From positions 71,020 to 135,019 of the forward strand of contig CAZWON010000001.1 in assembly GCA_964635565.1 (NCBI GenBank): a stretch of DNA of 64,000 nt, read 5' to 3'. Source of the DNA: an uncultured Planctomycetia bacterium (GTDB lineage Bacteria; Omnitrophota; Gorgyraeia; Duberdicusellales; 4484-171). How positions within the stretch are numbered: position 1 is the first letter of the stretch; every line of letters starts with the position of its first letter. Below are positions 37,525 to 49,408 of the stretch, piece after piece. Made by a program: the position numbers and the translations under genes. Under the pieces are notes generated by a model. The model was given only the letters and a program-made list of their open reading frames with translations, did not search any database and had not been told where the DNA came from.

Positions 37525-39318
37525 ATGCGAGAGTATTTTAAATTATTAAGATTTGTTAAGCATCACATAGGTATTTTGGTGGTTGCTTCTTTTTGTATGT
37601 TTATCTCTACTATTTTTAACGGGGTGTCTTTAGGGATGATAGTACCTTTAAGTGATAGGGTTCTTACTAACAAGAAAATTATTGTTCCTACCCCTGTTCC
37701 TCATTTTGTCAGTCGTATTATAGATAAACTTAATTCTTTAGAGCCTATATATGTATTAAAGATGATGGCTATTATTTTGGTTATTCTTTTTTTTCTTAAA
37801 GGGGTAGTATTTTTTTTCCAAAATTATCTTATGAATATGGTGGGTCAGCGGTGTGTAAGGGATGTAAGGAATGCCCTTTATAGAAAATTTCAGGAGTTAT
37901 CTTTAGATTTTTATGGAAAAAAGAGAACAGGCGAATTAATCTCCCGGATAACTAACGATGTAAGTCTTATAACTCAGGCGATAAGTTATGCTTTAACGGA
38001 CCTTATTTATCAGTCAATGCAGATAGCATTTTTTACTTTTCTTGTTTTTTATATCTACTGGAAGATGGCGTTGATTTCTTTTGTAGTATTCCCTTTGATT
38101 GTTTTTCCTGTGATAGTATTGGGGAAAAGGATAAAAAAATTTTCCATATATACTCAGAGAAAAATGGCTGACCTTAATTCTCAGCTGGCAGAGACAATTC
38201 AAGGAGTATATATTGTAAAGGTATTTGGGAGAGAAAGTTACGAATATAATCGGTTTAGAGATGTTAATCAGCAGTATTATAAGTTTATTTTAAAGTCTAT
38301 TAAAAGAATGATAGTGCTTTCTCCATTGACAGAATTTATTGGGGCGGTAGGAGCTGTATTTATTCTTCTTCTGGCAGGCAGAGACGTTATAGCAGGCAAA
38401 ATTTCTTTTGGAGTATTTGGTCTATTTTTAGGTTCCCTTATGTCTATGATAAGGCCATTTAAAAAATTATCTGGTGTCTATTCTATAACTCAACAGGCGT
38501 TAGGTGCTTCAAAAAGAATATACGATATTCTTGAAGAGAAACCCACAGTAATAGAGAAAGAACACGCATTGCTTAAAGATGATTTTACGCATGGTATAAT
38601 TTTTGAAGGGGTATGGTTTAAGTACGGAAAAAGTGAAGATTTTGTTCTGAAAGATATCAATCTTAAAGTAAATAAAAATAATATTATTGCTATAGTAGGC
38701 CACTCAGGAGCAGGAAAATCTACATTGGTTAGTTTAATACCGAGGTTATACGATCCTGTCCGAGGCAAAGTTTTAATTGATGGGTTAGACTTAAGGGATT
38801 TGACTCTGCGCTCTTTAAGAAATTTAATTTCGGTTGTTTCCCAGGAGATGGTGATTTTTAACAATACCGTCCGGGAAAATATTGCTTACGGTAAAGAAGG
38901 GTCATCTTTTAGTGAGATAGTTACAGCGGCAAGGAAAGCTTTTGCTTATGATTTTATCCAAAAGTTACCTCAGGGATTTGATACAGTTCTGGGAGATAGG
39001 GGATTTAGACTCTCCGGGGGAGAGAAGCAGAGGATAGCTATTGCCCGTGCCTTTTTGAAAGATTCTCCAATTCTTATCTTGGATGAAGCCACCAGCCATC
39101 TTGACTCTGAGTCAGAGCGTCTTATTAAGGAAGCACTTTATAACCTTATGCAAGGTAAGACAGTTTTTGTAATTGCCCATCGACTTTCTACTGTTCAACA
39201 TGCTACAAAAATAATAGTAATGGAGAAAGGAAAAATAGTAGAAGAGGGCACACATAAGGAACTTATTAAGTTAGGGAAAGTATATCAGAGGATTTACCAG
39301 TTACAATTTAATGTATAG
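37525..39318 (+). CDS. msbA: ABC transporter permease/ATPase, lipid A exporter MsbA-like
   Basis: 6-TM N-domain. NBD Walker A 'GHSGAGKST'. Signature 'LSGGEKQRIAIARA'. Walker B 'ILILDEATS'. Divergently adjacent to lpxB. Confidence 0.75.
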   Translation: MREYFKLLRFVKHHIGILVVASFCMFISTIFNGVSLGMIVPLSDRVLTNKKIIVPTPVPHFVSRIIDKLNSLEPIYVLKMMAIILVILFFLKGVVFFFQNYLMNMVGQRCVRDVRNALYRKFQELSLDFYGKKRTGELISRITNDVSLITQAISYALTDLIYQSMQIAFFTFLVFYIYWKMALISFVVFPLIVFPVIVLGKRIKKFSIYTQRKMADLNSQLAETIQGVYIVKVFGRESYEYNRFRDVNQQYYKFILKSIKRMIVLSPLTEFIGAVGAVFILLLAGRDVIAGKISFGVFGLFLGSLMSMIRPFKKLSGVYSITQQALGASKRIYDILEEKPTVIEKEHALLKDDFTHGIIFEGVWFKYGKSEDFVLKDINLKVNKNNIIAIVGHSGAGKSTLVSLIPRLYDPVRGKVLIDGLDLRDLTLRSLRNLISVVSQEMVIFNNTVRENIAYGKEGSSFSEIVTAARKAFAYDFIQKLPQGFDTVLGDRGFRLSGGEKQRIAIARAFLKDSPILILDEATSHLDSESERLIKEALYNLMQGKTVFVIAHRLSTVQHATKIIVMEKGKIVEEGTHKELIKLGKVYQRIYQLQFNV

Positions 39319-39450
39319 TACTATTTAATCTTCCAATAGGAGTTAGTTTTTTTGGATAATTTATGTACGTAATAATATGTTGAAAGTGTAAAGAGTTGTG
39401 GTATACTTTTATTTCCAAAGATAAACTAAGTTAATAAAGAGAGGAGGTTT

Positions 39451-40239
39451 ATGGTTTTACCTGAAATTATAAGAGACCTGTTGGAGAATGGAGTACATTT
39501 TGGACATTTGAGCAAACATTGGAGTCCCAAAATGAAGCAATTTATTTTTGGGAAAAAAAAGAATATATATATAATTGACTTAGAGAAAACTGCTCAGAAG
39601 ATAGAAGAGAGCAAAGATTTTCTTAAGAAAATTGCTTCTGAAGGGAAAAAGATTCTTTTTGTCGCTACTAAGAGACAGCTTAAAGAGGTTATAGAGCAGT
39701 TTGCTATCTCGTGCCAGATGCCTTATATTGTAGAGAGATGGATAGGGGGTTTTCTTACTAATTTTTCTACTATACGCAGTAGGATTGATAAGTATATTGA
39801 GCTTAGAGAGAAGAAGGAAAAGGGTGAATTGGGTAAGGTTTCTAATAAGGAATTACTCAGAATTAACAGAGAGTTAGAGAAGATGGAGAAGAATTACCGG
39901 GGAGTAGTATCTTTAGAAAGTTTACCTGCATGCATTTATATTGTTGACCCTAAGAGAGAAGTGACTGCAGTAAGAGAAGCACGTAAGCTTAATATTCCTA
40001 TTGTCGCCCTTATTGATACTGATTCAGATCCTGAAGTTATAGATTATCCCATTCCTGGAAATGACGATGCTATAAAATCTGTAAGTTACATTACTCGTTG
40101 CCTTGTAGAAGCAATAAAAGAAGGAATGAAAGATAGCGTTGATTCTAATTATTTTGAGGGAGATAATAAAGATACTGAAGAAAGTGATAGTTATTCAGAA
40201 GAAAATACTTCTACAGAAAATTTACAATCTACTTCTTAA
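39451..40239 (+). CDS. rpsB: 30S ribosomal protein S2
   Basis: 'LLENGVHFGH' N-terminal signature, plus an acidic C-terminal tail. Confidence 0.9.
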   Translation: MVLPEIIRDLLENGVHFGHLSKHWSPKMKQFIFGKKKNIYIIDLEKTAQKIEESKDFLKKIASEGKKILFVATKRQLKEVIEQFAISCQMPYIVERWIGGFLTNFSTIRSRIDKYIELREKKEKGELGKVSNKELLRINRELEKMEKNYRGVVSLESLPACIYIVDPKREVTAVREARKLNIPIVALIDTDSDPEVIDYPIPGNDDAIKSVSYITRCLVEAIKEGMKDSVDSNYFEGDNKDTEESDSYSEENTSTENLQSTS

Positions 40240-40251
40240 GAAGGAGGTGCA

Positions 40252-40779
40252 ATGAACAATCTTGATAAGATTAAAAAATTAAGAGAGTTGACCTCTTTAG
40301 GCGTATTGGAGTGTAAGAAAGCCTTGCAGGAAAGCAAGGGAGACTTTGATACTGCTCTTGGTTTGCTTAAGAAAAGAGGCATAGAGATTACAGAGAAAAA
40401 GAAAGGTCGTAAAACTGCTCAAGGGTTGATAGATTCTTACATCCATTTTGGAGGAAATCTTGGTGTATTGGTAGAGGTGAACTGCGAGACAGATTTTGTT
40501 GCTAAGACAGATGTTTTTAAATCCTTTGTGAGGGATTTAGCTATACATATTGCTGCTTGTTCTCCCGAGTATATATCTAAAGATGATATTCCTGAAGAAA
40601 AACTGCGCAATATTTCTGATATTAAAGAATATACAAAAGAACACTGCCTAATGGAGCAACTTTTTGTAAAGGATAATTCTAAAACTGTCGGGGACTGTTT
40701 AAGAGAGGTAATTTCTAAAACAGGGGAAAATATTGTAATAAAAAGATTTGCGAGATTTTCTTTAGAAGATGCACTCTAA
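40252..40779 (+). CDS. tsf: elongation factor Ts (short form)
   Basis: UBA-like N-terminus 'IKKLRELTSLGVLECKKAL...GDFDTALGLL' and 'VEVNCETDFVAK'. 175 aa, at the small end of the family. Confidence 0.8.
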   Translation: MNNLDKIKKLRELTSLGVLECKKALQESKGDFDTALGLLKKRGIEITEKKKGRKTAQGLIDSYIHFGGNLGVLVEVNCETDFVAKTDVFKSFVRDLAIHIAACSPEYISKDDIPEEKLRNISDIKEYTKEHCLMEQLFVKDNSKTVGDCLREVISKTGENIVIKRFARFSLEDAL

Positions 40780-41482
40780 ATATAAACGAATCCTTCTTAA
40801 ATTAAGCGGAGAGGCATTCTTGGGTAGAAAGCCTCATGGTATTGATACTTCGATGTGTGCCCATCTGGCAGAGCAGATTAAAGAAGTTGTTTCTCTTAAG
40901 GTTGAAGTGGCTATTGTTGTAGGAGGAGGAAATATTTTCCGAGGAGCTTCTCGTTCAAAGGAATTTGAGATGGAACGTACTGTTGCAGATTATATGGGCA
41001 TGTTAGCTACTGTATTAAATGGATTAGCTTTGCAGAATGCCTTGGAAAATAAAGGAATACCTACAAGAGTGATGACAGCTATTCAGATGCATCAGGTGGC
41101 AGAGCCCTATATAAGAAGAAGGGCTATTAGGCATTTAGAGAAGAAGCGTGTAGTTATATTTGTAGGGGGGACAGGCAATCCCTATTTTACTACAGATACA
41201 GCAGCCGCTTTAAGGAGCATTGAAATTAATGCTGATGTTCTCCTTAAAGGTACAAAGGTTGAGGGAATATATTCAGGAGATCCCCTTAAAAGTAAAAAAG
41301 CAAGATTATTTAAAAAGCTTAGTTATATGGATATTATAAAAAAAGAGCTTAAAATTATGGATTCTACAGCAATAACTTTATGCATGGAGAACAAATTGCC
41401 TATAGTTGTGTTTAATTTTATGAAGAAAAATAACCTTAAGAATATTATTTTAGGAAAAGAGGCAGGTACACTCGTTAGGTAG
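40769..41482 (+). CDS. pyrH: UMP kinase
   Basis: 'KRILLKLSGEA', 'VVGGGNIFRG', 'TGNPYFTTDTAAALR'. Confidence 0.9.
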   Translation: MHSKYKRILLKLSGEAFLGRKPHGIDTSMCAHLAEQIKEVVSLKVEVAIVVGGGNIFRGASRSKEFEMERTVADYMGMLATVLNGLALQNALENKGIPTRVMTAIQMHQVAEPYIRRRAIRHLEKKRVVIFVGGTGNPYFTTDTAAALRSIEINADVLLKGTKVEGIYSGDPLKSKKARLFKKLSYMDIIKKELKIMDSTAITLCMENKLPIVVFNFMKKNNLKNIILGKEAGTLVR

Positions 41483-41490
41483 GAGGCAAT

Positions 41491-42051
41491 ATGGTTATTA
41501 AAGAGTTTCTTAAAGAAGTAGAAAGTTCAATGAAGAAAACTATAGAAGCCACAAAAAGAGAATTCGGAGAATTACGTTCTGGCAGAGCCAATCCTAAAAT
41601 CGTAGAGGGGATTAGGGTTAATTATTATGGTACTCCTACTCTTCTTAAAGATATTGCCACTATTAGTGTGCCTGAAGCAAGGCTTATAGTTATTAATCCT
41701 TGGGATCCTAATTCAGTTAAAGAAATAGAACGTGCTATTTTTCAGTCTGATTTAGGAATAGCTCCTCTTGTTGAGGGAAAGGTAATTCGTTTAGTTATCC
41801 CTCCTCTTTCAGAAGAAAGAAGAGGCGAGCTTATAAAATTAGCAAAGAAAATATCTGAGGAAGGGAAAATATCTATAAGGACAATAAGAAGGGATGCAAA
41901 GGAAAAAATAAGAAGTTTAGAAAAGAGCAAGAAAGTATCTGAGGACGATAGATTTAGAGGGGAGGAGGAACTTCAGAAGCTTACTGATAAGTACATTGAG
42001 GAAATAGAGTCTCTTCTTAAGGAAAAAGAAAAAGAATTAAAAGAGTTTTAA
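41491..42051 (+). CDS. frr: ribosome recycling factor
   Basis: 'RTIRRDA' and C-terminal charged helix. 186 aa. Follows pyrH as in the conserved tsf-pyrH-frr cluster. Confidence 0.9.
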   Translation: MVIKEFLKEVESSMKKTIEATKREFGELRSGRANPKIVEGIRVNYYGTPTLLKDIATISVPEARLIVINPWDPNSVKEIERAIFQSDLGIAPLVEGKVIRLVIPPLSEERRGELIKLAKKISEEGKISIRTIRRDAKEKIRSLEKSKKVSEDDRFRGEEELQKLTDKYIEEIESLLKEKEKELKEF

Positions 42052-42124
42052 GAGCCGCTAGCTCATCAGGTAGAGCACCGGCCTTTTAAGCCGGGAGTGC
42101 CGAGTTCGAGCCTCGGGCGGCTCA
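42052..42124 (+). tRNA. tRNA-Lys (anticodon UUU)
   Basis: Manual cloverleaf: acceptor GAGCCGC/GCGGCTC, D-arm GCTC..GAGC, anticodon stem CCGGC/GCCGG with loop CTTTTAA, T-arm CCGAG-TTCGAGC-CTCGG, discriminator A. 73 nt, CCA not encoded. Confidence 0.85.
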
Positions 42125-42368
42125 TATTTAGTAACCCTTAATAAAAATTATAAATTTGTAGATATTTTGTTATTTAAAAGATAGCATTATTATTAAGATA
42201 GAAAAGTGCTCCATTCAAGATAGAAAGGGAATATTTTTAGAGTTAAGAAATAGATCTGTATTAAATAATCCAATGTTAAAATTTAAAGTAGTTTTTACAG
42301 AAAACTTTAGTTTTTAATCCGATGTAAATAAAGGGTTTAATTCTTTTGATAATAAAGTGTTCATCTGT

Positions 42369-42451
42369 GCCGCGGTGGCGGAACGGGCAGACGCGCATGG
42401 CTTAGGACCATGTCCTTTATGGGGGTGGGAGTTCAACTCTCCCCCGCGGCA
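42369..42451 (+). tRNA. tRNA-Leu (anticodon UAG), long variable arm
   Basis: Acceptor GCCGCGG/CCGCGGC. Anticodon stem CATGG/CCATG with loop CTTAGGA. Long variable arm. T-arm GGGAG-TTCAACT-CTCCC. Discriminator A. 83 nt. Confidence 0.8.
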
Positions 42452-42494
42452 GAAAATTATAAAAATGTATTCTTCTAAGGAATTCTGCTATTTT

Positions 42495-42566
42495 TGCGAG
42501 GGTAGCTCAATGGAAGAGCACCACGTTGCCAACGTGGTGGTTGCGGGTTCAAGCCCCGTCCCTCGC
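42495..42566 (+). tRNA. tRNA-Gly (anticodon GCC)
   Basis: Acceptor GCGAGGG/CCCTCGC. Anticodon stem CCACG/CGTGG with loop TTGCCAA. T-arm GCGGG-TTCAAGC-CCCGT. Discriminator U. 72 nt. Confidence 0.8.
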
Positions 42567-42769
42567 TCTCAAGCGATAAAAAGGTAAACTTTTTAATAGA
42601 CCAAAGAAAAATTCTTTTTTATAAAAATTGATTCTTCTGTTATTTAAGGAAAGATATTTAGATTGATATACTTCAAGAATTAAATTGAAAGAGGGAAGTA
42701 TTGTTGCTAGAGGATTTATATTTTTAGATGAGATTTTAAGAAAAAGGAGTAAAGACGGGGAGCGATATT

Positions 42770-43231
42770 ATGGAGTATTTGCATCCTGACGATATAATTC
42801 TTAATATAAAAGGTAGAAGTAAAAAAAACATAATTTCTTTTCTCTTAGAACATTTATCCAAGAGAAAAAGAATTAATAAAAAAGATAAAAAAAATATACT
42901 TAAGGCAATAATGCAGAGAGAAAGTATGGGGTCTACCGCTATTGGAGGATATATTGCCTTACCGCATGCTCGCTTAAGTTGCATAAAGGATATAATAATC
43001 TGTGTTGGTATATCAAAGGAAGGAGTTAATTTTGATTCTTTGGATGAAGAGCCCGTTCATATTATTGTCCTTTTACTTTCTAATCAAAAAAACGCAGGTT
43101 TACATCTAAAAACATTAGCTCACTTGGCAAAAATTTTAAGAGATAGGTCTTTTGTACAGAAATTAAAGAATATTCAGACTAAAGAGGAGGCCATTGATTT
43201 AGTTAATCGTCAGCATAATTTGTTGAAATAG
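42770..43231 (+). CDS. ptsN: PTS EIIA-Ntr-type regulatory protein (PtsN-like, PTS_EIIA_2 domain)
   Basis: 'STAIGGYIALPHAR' with the phosphorylatable His. ~150 aa. Sits in a permease-less PTS cluster. Confidence 0.7.
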   Translation: MEYLHPDDIILNIKGRSKKNIISFLLEHLSKRKRINKKDKKNILKAIMQRESMGSTAIGGYIALPHARLSCIKDIIICVGISKEGVNFDSLDEEPVHIIVLLLSNQKNAGLHLKTLAHLAKILRDRSFVQKLKNIQTKEEAIDLVNRQHNLLK

Positions 43232-43240
43232 AGGGATGGG

Positions 43241-44509
43241 ATGAAGAAATTTATAAAATTTATTCGGTGGTTTTATCCTGGTTTGAAGATAAAAAGGTGG
43301 ATAAGTTTACTTTTAGCAGGGGTACTTTTTATTTTTATTTCTTCTTCTCATTTATCTAAAGATACATATTTTCTTTTTAGAATTGTATATAAAGGGATAT
43401 TTATAATAGGAGTTATTTTGCTTGTAGGGGGCGTAGCCTATCTTATTAAAAGTTTTTTTGAGGCTATTTATCCCCATAAAGAAAAAGATCTAATAGACAT
43501 TATTTATGAAAAGAGATTCTTGTCTAAGGGGCCTAAGATTGTAGCAATAGGAGGAGGCACAGGGTTATCGACAATTTTGGAGGGTTTAAAAGAATATACT
43601 TCCAATATCTCTGCTATTGTAACTGTGGCAGATGAAGGGGGATCCTCGGGAAGGCTTCGTGAGGAATTTGGTATTTTACCACCCGGAGACATAAGGAACT
43701 GTTTAGTTTCTTTAGCAGAAGCTCCCCAACTTATGCGGGATTTATTTCAGTATCGTTTCCAAGAGGGAGAAGGGATAAAAGGGCATAGTTTTGGAAATAT
43801 TTTTATAACTGCCCTTACAGAAGTAACAGGAAGTTTTAAGGCAGCAGTAGAAGAGTCAAGTAAGGTTCTAGCTATACGGGGAAGAGTTATCCCTGCAAGT
43901 CTTAATAGAGTAAGATTAAGAGCAGAATATTTAGATGGTTCAGTTAAAGAAGGAGAAGATAAAATTTCCCAAGTAGAAAAACCTATTAAAAAGATTTATC
44001 TTATACCCCCATCTACTCAGTCAAATCCTGAAGCAGTAGAAGCTATAAAAGAGACAGAGATTATTATTTTGGGTCCGGGGAGTCTTTTTACGAGTGTATT
44101 GCCCAATCTTCTTATCAAAGAGATAAGAGAAGAGATTATTAGAAGAGATGTTTTGAAGATTTATATTTGTAATGTTATGACCCAGCATGGAGAGACCGAT
44201 GGATTTACTGCTGCTGATCATATAGAAGTTTTATTTAAACATACTGATAATAAAATTATTAACTGTTGTTTGGTTAACTCCGGACGCTTAGACTATAACT
44301 TACTTTTAAGGTATTCTAAAGAGAAATCATTCCCTGTGATTCCTGACAAGAAACGTCTGGAAAAAATGGGGATAATGGTTATAGAAGATAGTTTAGTGAG
44401 TAGGACTGATTATTTAAGGCACGATCCTCATAAGACCGCTAAAGTAATAATTAATATTTATAATAACTGGAAAAGAAAATGGAAAGGTTTGAACAAGAAA
44501 TTATTGTAG
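43241..44509 (+). CDS. YvcK/GlmR-family (UPF0052, CofD-like) gluconeogenesis-factor protein with N-terminal two-helix membrane anchor extension
   Basis: Core 'KIVAIGGGTGLSTILEGLK...VADEGGSSGRLR...GDIRNC' is YvcK-like. The first ~75 aa are hydrophobic ('WISLLLAGVLFIFISS', 'IFIIGVILLVGGVAYLI'), an unusual extension. Confidence 0.75.
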   Translation: MKKFIKFIRWFYPGLKIKRWISLLLAGVLFIFISSSHLSKDTYFLFRIVYKGIFIIGVILLVGGVAYLIKSFFEAIYPHKEKDLIDIIYEKRFLSKGPKIVAIGGGTGLSTILEGLKEYTSNISAIVTVADEGGSSGRLREEFGILPPGDIRNCLVSLAEAPQLMRDLFQYRFQEGEGIKGHSFGNIFITALTEVTGSFKAAVEESSKVLAIRGRVIPASLNRVRLRAEYLDGSVKEGEDKISQVEKPIKKIYLIPPSTQSNPEAVEAIKETEIIILGPGSLFTSVLPNLLIKEIREEIIRRDVLKIYICNVMTQHGETDGFTAADHIEVLFKHTDNKIINCCLVNSGRLDYNLLLRYSKEKSFPVIPDKKRLEKMGIMVIEDSLVSRTDYLRHDPHKTAKVIINIYNNWKRKWKGLNKKLL

Positions 44510-44745
44510 GTAATCTCCATGGGTTACATGCACGTCCCGCAGCGATTTTTGTGCAGATAGCTAATAAATTTGATTCTTCAGTGAAAATAGAAAAAGACAG
44601 TGAGGTAGTTGATGGAAAATCTATTATTGCTGTGTTAAGTTTAGGTGTATCAAAAGGGACGAGAATCCGTTTAATTATTGAAGGGAACGATGCTGAAGAA
44701 GCAGGTAGAGAGCTGAAAAAATTTTTGGAGAGCAATAATGGTTAA
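44479..44745 (+). CDS. ptsH: phosphocarrier protein HPr
   Basis: 'GLHARPAAIFV' active-site His15 region. 88 aa. Confidence 0.85.
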   Translation: MERFEQEIIVGNLHGLHARPAAIFVQIANKFDSSVKIEKDSEVVDGKSIIAVLSLGVSKGTRIRLIIEGNDAEEAGRELKKFLESNNG

Positions 44746-46492
44746 ATTAAAAGGGATAGCAGCTTCAGGTGGTATCGCTGTAGGAAAGGTTTATTATTTG
44801 GGGGGCGATGAATTTTGTATCCTTAAGAAGAGAATCTCCTATGAGGAGATATCTCGGGAGATATACAGATTAGAGGAGGCTTTAATTGCTACACGGAAAG
44901 AGATTGTTAATCTTCAGAAAAAAATATCTGATGAGTTGGGATTCTTGGAGGCAAAGATTTTTGAAGCGCACTTATTGGTGCTTGAGGATAGAGTATTGAT
45001 AGAGGATGTTATTCAGCAGATAAAAAAGAGAGTAAATGTTGAATATGCCTTTTCCCAGAGTATAAAAAAATATATAGATATCTTGACTAATATTGATGAC
45101 AATTATTTAAAAGAAAGAGCTGCAGATATAAAAGATATAGGTAAAAGAGTATTAAGAAAGTTGCTCAAAAAAGATTTTCCTCAGATACATGAACTTAAAG
45201 AGAAAGTTGTTGTAGTAGCTCATGATTTGTCACCTGCAGATACTGCCAGTTTACCGAAGGATAAAATCATTGGCTTTGTTACTGATATCGGTGGTAGTAC
45301 ATCTCATACAGCAATTTTAGCACGCAATTTAAGTATTCCTGCAGTAGTAGGAACAGAAGTAGCAACCCAGCATATAAAAGGAGGAGAATTAGTTGTTGTG
45401 GATGGCTTTGAAGGGGTTGTTGTTGTAAATCCTACAGAAAGGACAATTAAAGTTTACCAAAAGAAGTCTGCCCAGATACGTCGCACAATAAAAGTTACTT
45501 TTGCGCCTAAAACTCTTAAGCCTCAGACAATCGACGGTAAAAGATTGGTTATTTCTGCTAATATTGAGTTTCCTGAGGAACTTCCTTTAGTAGAACATTT
45601 TGGAGCAGAAGGTGTAGGATTATATAGGACAGAATATATTTTTGTAGGAAAGACTCATTTGCCTTCTGAAGAAGAGCAGTTTAAAGCTTATTATAATGTA
45701 GCGAGAAAAATTAAACCCAATCCTGTTATCATAAGGACCATTGATATAGGGGGAGATAAATTTCTCTCTCGACCTGAGGTCCCCCAAGAGTTTACTCCTT
45801 TTTTAGGGTGGCGAGCAATAAGATTTTGTTTGGCGCGACCAGAGATATTTAAATCACAATTGAGAGCAATCTTAAGAGCTTCGACAGAAAAAAATATAAA
45901 AATAATGTTTCCTATGATTTCCGGTATAGAAGAGTTGAGAAAAGCAAAAATTATTCTTCAAGAATGTAAGGAAGCACTTAAAAAAGAAGGGAAAAGCTTT
46001 GATGAGGATATATCTGTAGGAGTAATGATTGAGGTTCCTTCAGCTGCTTTGACTGCTGACATATTGGCTAAAGAGTGTGATTTTTTTAGCATTGGAACCA
46101 ATGATTTAATTCAGTATGCTCTTGCTGTGGATAGGGCTAATGAGAAGGTAGCTTATCTTTATGAACCTGCGCATCCTGCAGTATTGCGTCTAATAAGAGA
46201 TGTTATATCTATTGCCCACCGTAATAATATTTGGGTAGGGATGTGTGGAGAGATGGCAGGAGAGGCTATGTTTGCTTTTTTGCTTTTAGGAATGGGATTG
46301 GATGAATTTAGCATACCACCTCCACGAGTACCTAAAATAAAAAGACTGATAAGTAAGGTAAAGTTTTCTGATGCTCAAAAAACAGTAGATGCAGTTATAA
46401 AATTATCTACACCAAAAGAGGTGGAAAAGCATCTTCAAAATATTTTAAGAGAAATTTTAAAAGATGATTTCTATACTATTATAGGAAGATAA
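44738..46492 (+). CDS. ptsI: phosphoenolpyruvate--protein phosphotransferase (PTS Enzyme I)
   Basis: 'GIAASGGIAVGKVYY' N-terminus. Phospho-His region 'GGSTSHTAILAR'. PEP-utilising C-domain 'GLYRTEYIF...IRTIDIGGDK...SIGTNDLIQY'. Confidence 0.9.
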   Translation: MVKLKGIAASGGIAVGKVYYLGGDEFCILKKRISYEEISREIYRLEEALIATRKEIVNLQKKISDELGFLEAKIFEAHLLVLEDRVLIEDVIQQIKKRVNVEYAFSQSIKKYIDILTNIDDNYLKERAADIKDIGKRVLRKLLKKDFPQIHELKEKVVVVAHDLSPADTASLPKDKIIGFVTDIGGSTSHTAILARNLSIPAVVGTEVATQHIKGGELVVVDGFEGVVVVNPTERTIKVYQKKSAQIRRTIKVTFAPKTLKPQTIDGKRLVISANIEFPEELPLVEHFGAEGVGLYRTEYIFVGKTHLPSEEEQFKAYYNVARKIKPNPVIIRTIDIGGDKFLSRPEVPQEFTPFLGWRAIRFCLARPEIFKSQLRAILRASTEKNIKIMFPMISGIEELRKAKIILQECKEALKKEGKSFDEDISVGVMIEVPSAALTADILAKECDFFSIGTNDLIQYALAVDRANEKVAYLYEPAHPAVLRLIRDVISIAHRNNIWVGMCGEMAGEAMFAFLLLGMGLDEFSIPPPRVPKIKRLISKVKFSDAQKTVDAVIKLSTPKEVEKHLQNILREILKDDFYTIIGR

Positions 46493-46495
46493 TAA

Positions 46496-48291
<1,796 letters not shown>

Positions 48292-48308
<17 letters not shown>

Positions 48309-49383
48309 TATAAGAAAATTGAAGGTTTATAAACCAGGAAAGCCTATTGAGGAGTTAAGAAGGAGTCTTAAATTGGATAAGGTTTATAAACTGGCATCTA
48401 ATGAGAATCCCTTCTCTCCTTTATATATAAAAAAGGCAGTTTTAAAAGAATTAGCGAATATCAATCGTTATCCCGAAGCAGATTGTTTTTATTTGCGCAA
48501 AATATTAGCGCATAAGTTGAAGGTAAATGGAGAACAGCTTGTTTTTGGAAATGGCTCTGATGAAATTATTGTTATGACTTTAAGAGGATTCTGTAAATAC
48601 GATACTACTGTAATTGTTGGATACCCTACTTTTCTTATATATGAGATTCAGGCTAAGGTCTCCCGTCTAAAGACAAAGAGGGTTTTGTTCAAGAATTATC
48701 GTTATGATTTAGATGGTATAGCAAGAAGCATTGATAAGAAGACAGGTATTATTTTTATTGCCAATCCTGATAACCCTCACGGGACTTATTTATCCCATAA
48801 AGAAATAGAAAATTTTTTGTCCAAAATACCTCCCCATATACTCATATTTTTTGATGAGGCATATTTTGAATTTGCAAGAAAAAAAGATTTCCCCCAGAGC
48901 ATAAAATTTTTAAAAGAGAGAGGAAACATTATTATTACGAGAACATTTTCTAAGGCTTATGGTCTTGCAGGCTTACGAATAGGATATGCTATTACTACTT
49001 CTTCCATTGCTCAGATATTAAATAAAGTAAGAGAGCCATTTAATGTAAATAGATTTGCTCAAGTAGCAGCAATAGCCGCTTTAAAAAACAGAAGCTTTTT
49101 AGAGAAGACAGTAAATCATATAGATAAAGAAAAGAAATTTCTTTATCGTTGTTTAAAGGAATTAAATATAGAATATATAGAAAGTGCTACTAATTTCATT
49201 CTTATAAATTTTAAAAAAGACACTCAAGCTCTCTATCGCTATTTATTAAATAAGGGTATTATTATTAGAGAAATGGGGGGTTGGGGTTTAAGTAATTTTT
49301 TTAGGGTTACTATAGGAACGCATAAAGAAAATATAGCTTTTATACGGTACTTAAAGCATTATCTTAAAGGAGAGACTATATAA
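48292..49383 (+). CDS. hisC: histidinol-phosphate/aromatic aminotransferase (HisC family)
   Basis: 'LASNENPFSP'. PLP-lysine 'RTFSKAYGLAGLRIGYA'. 363 aa. Location in the aromatic block suggests a role in Phe/Tyr transamination. Confidence 0.75.
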
Positions 49384-49408
49384 AAAACATATAATAAGGG
49401 GGTAAATA

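Noticed and set aside
39319-39450. Imperfect inverted repeat AAAGTGTA...TATACTTT after msbA as a rho-independent terminator
   Set aside because: The stem is short, has a mismatch, and is not followed by a T-tract. Such a feature is indistinguishable from chance in AT-rich DNA.
42357-42587. 76-aa ORF in the six-frame track
   Set aside because: It spans tRNA-Leu and tRNA-Gly. Its translation is just the tRNA sequences read as codons, so it is spurious.
44451-44735. 94-aa minus-strand ORF antisense to ptsH/yvcK junction
   Set aside because: It overlaps two conserved plus-strand genes and has no motifs.
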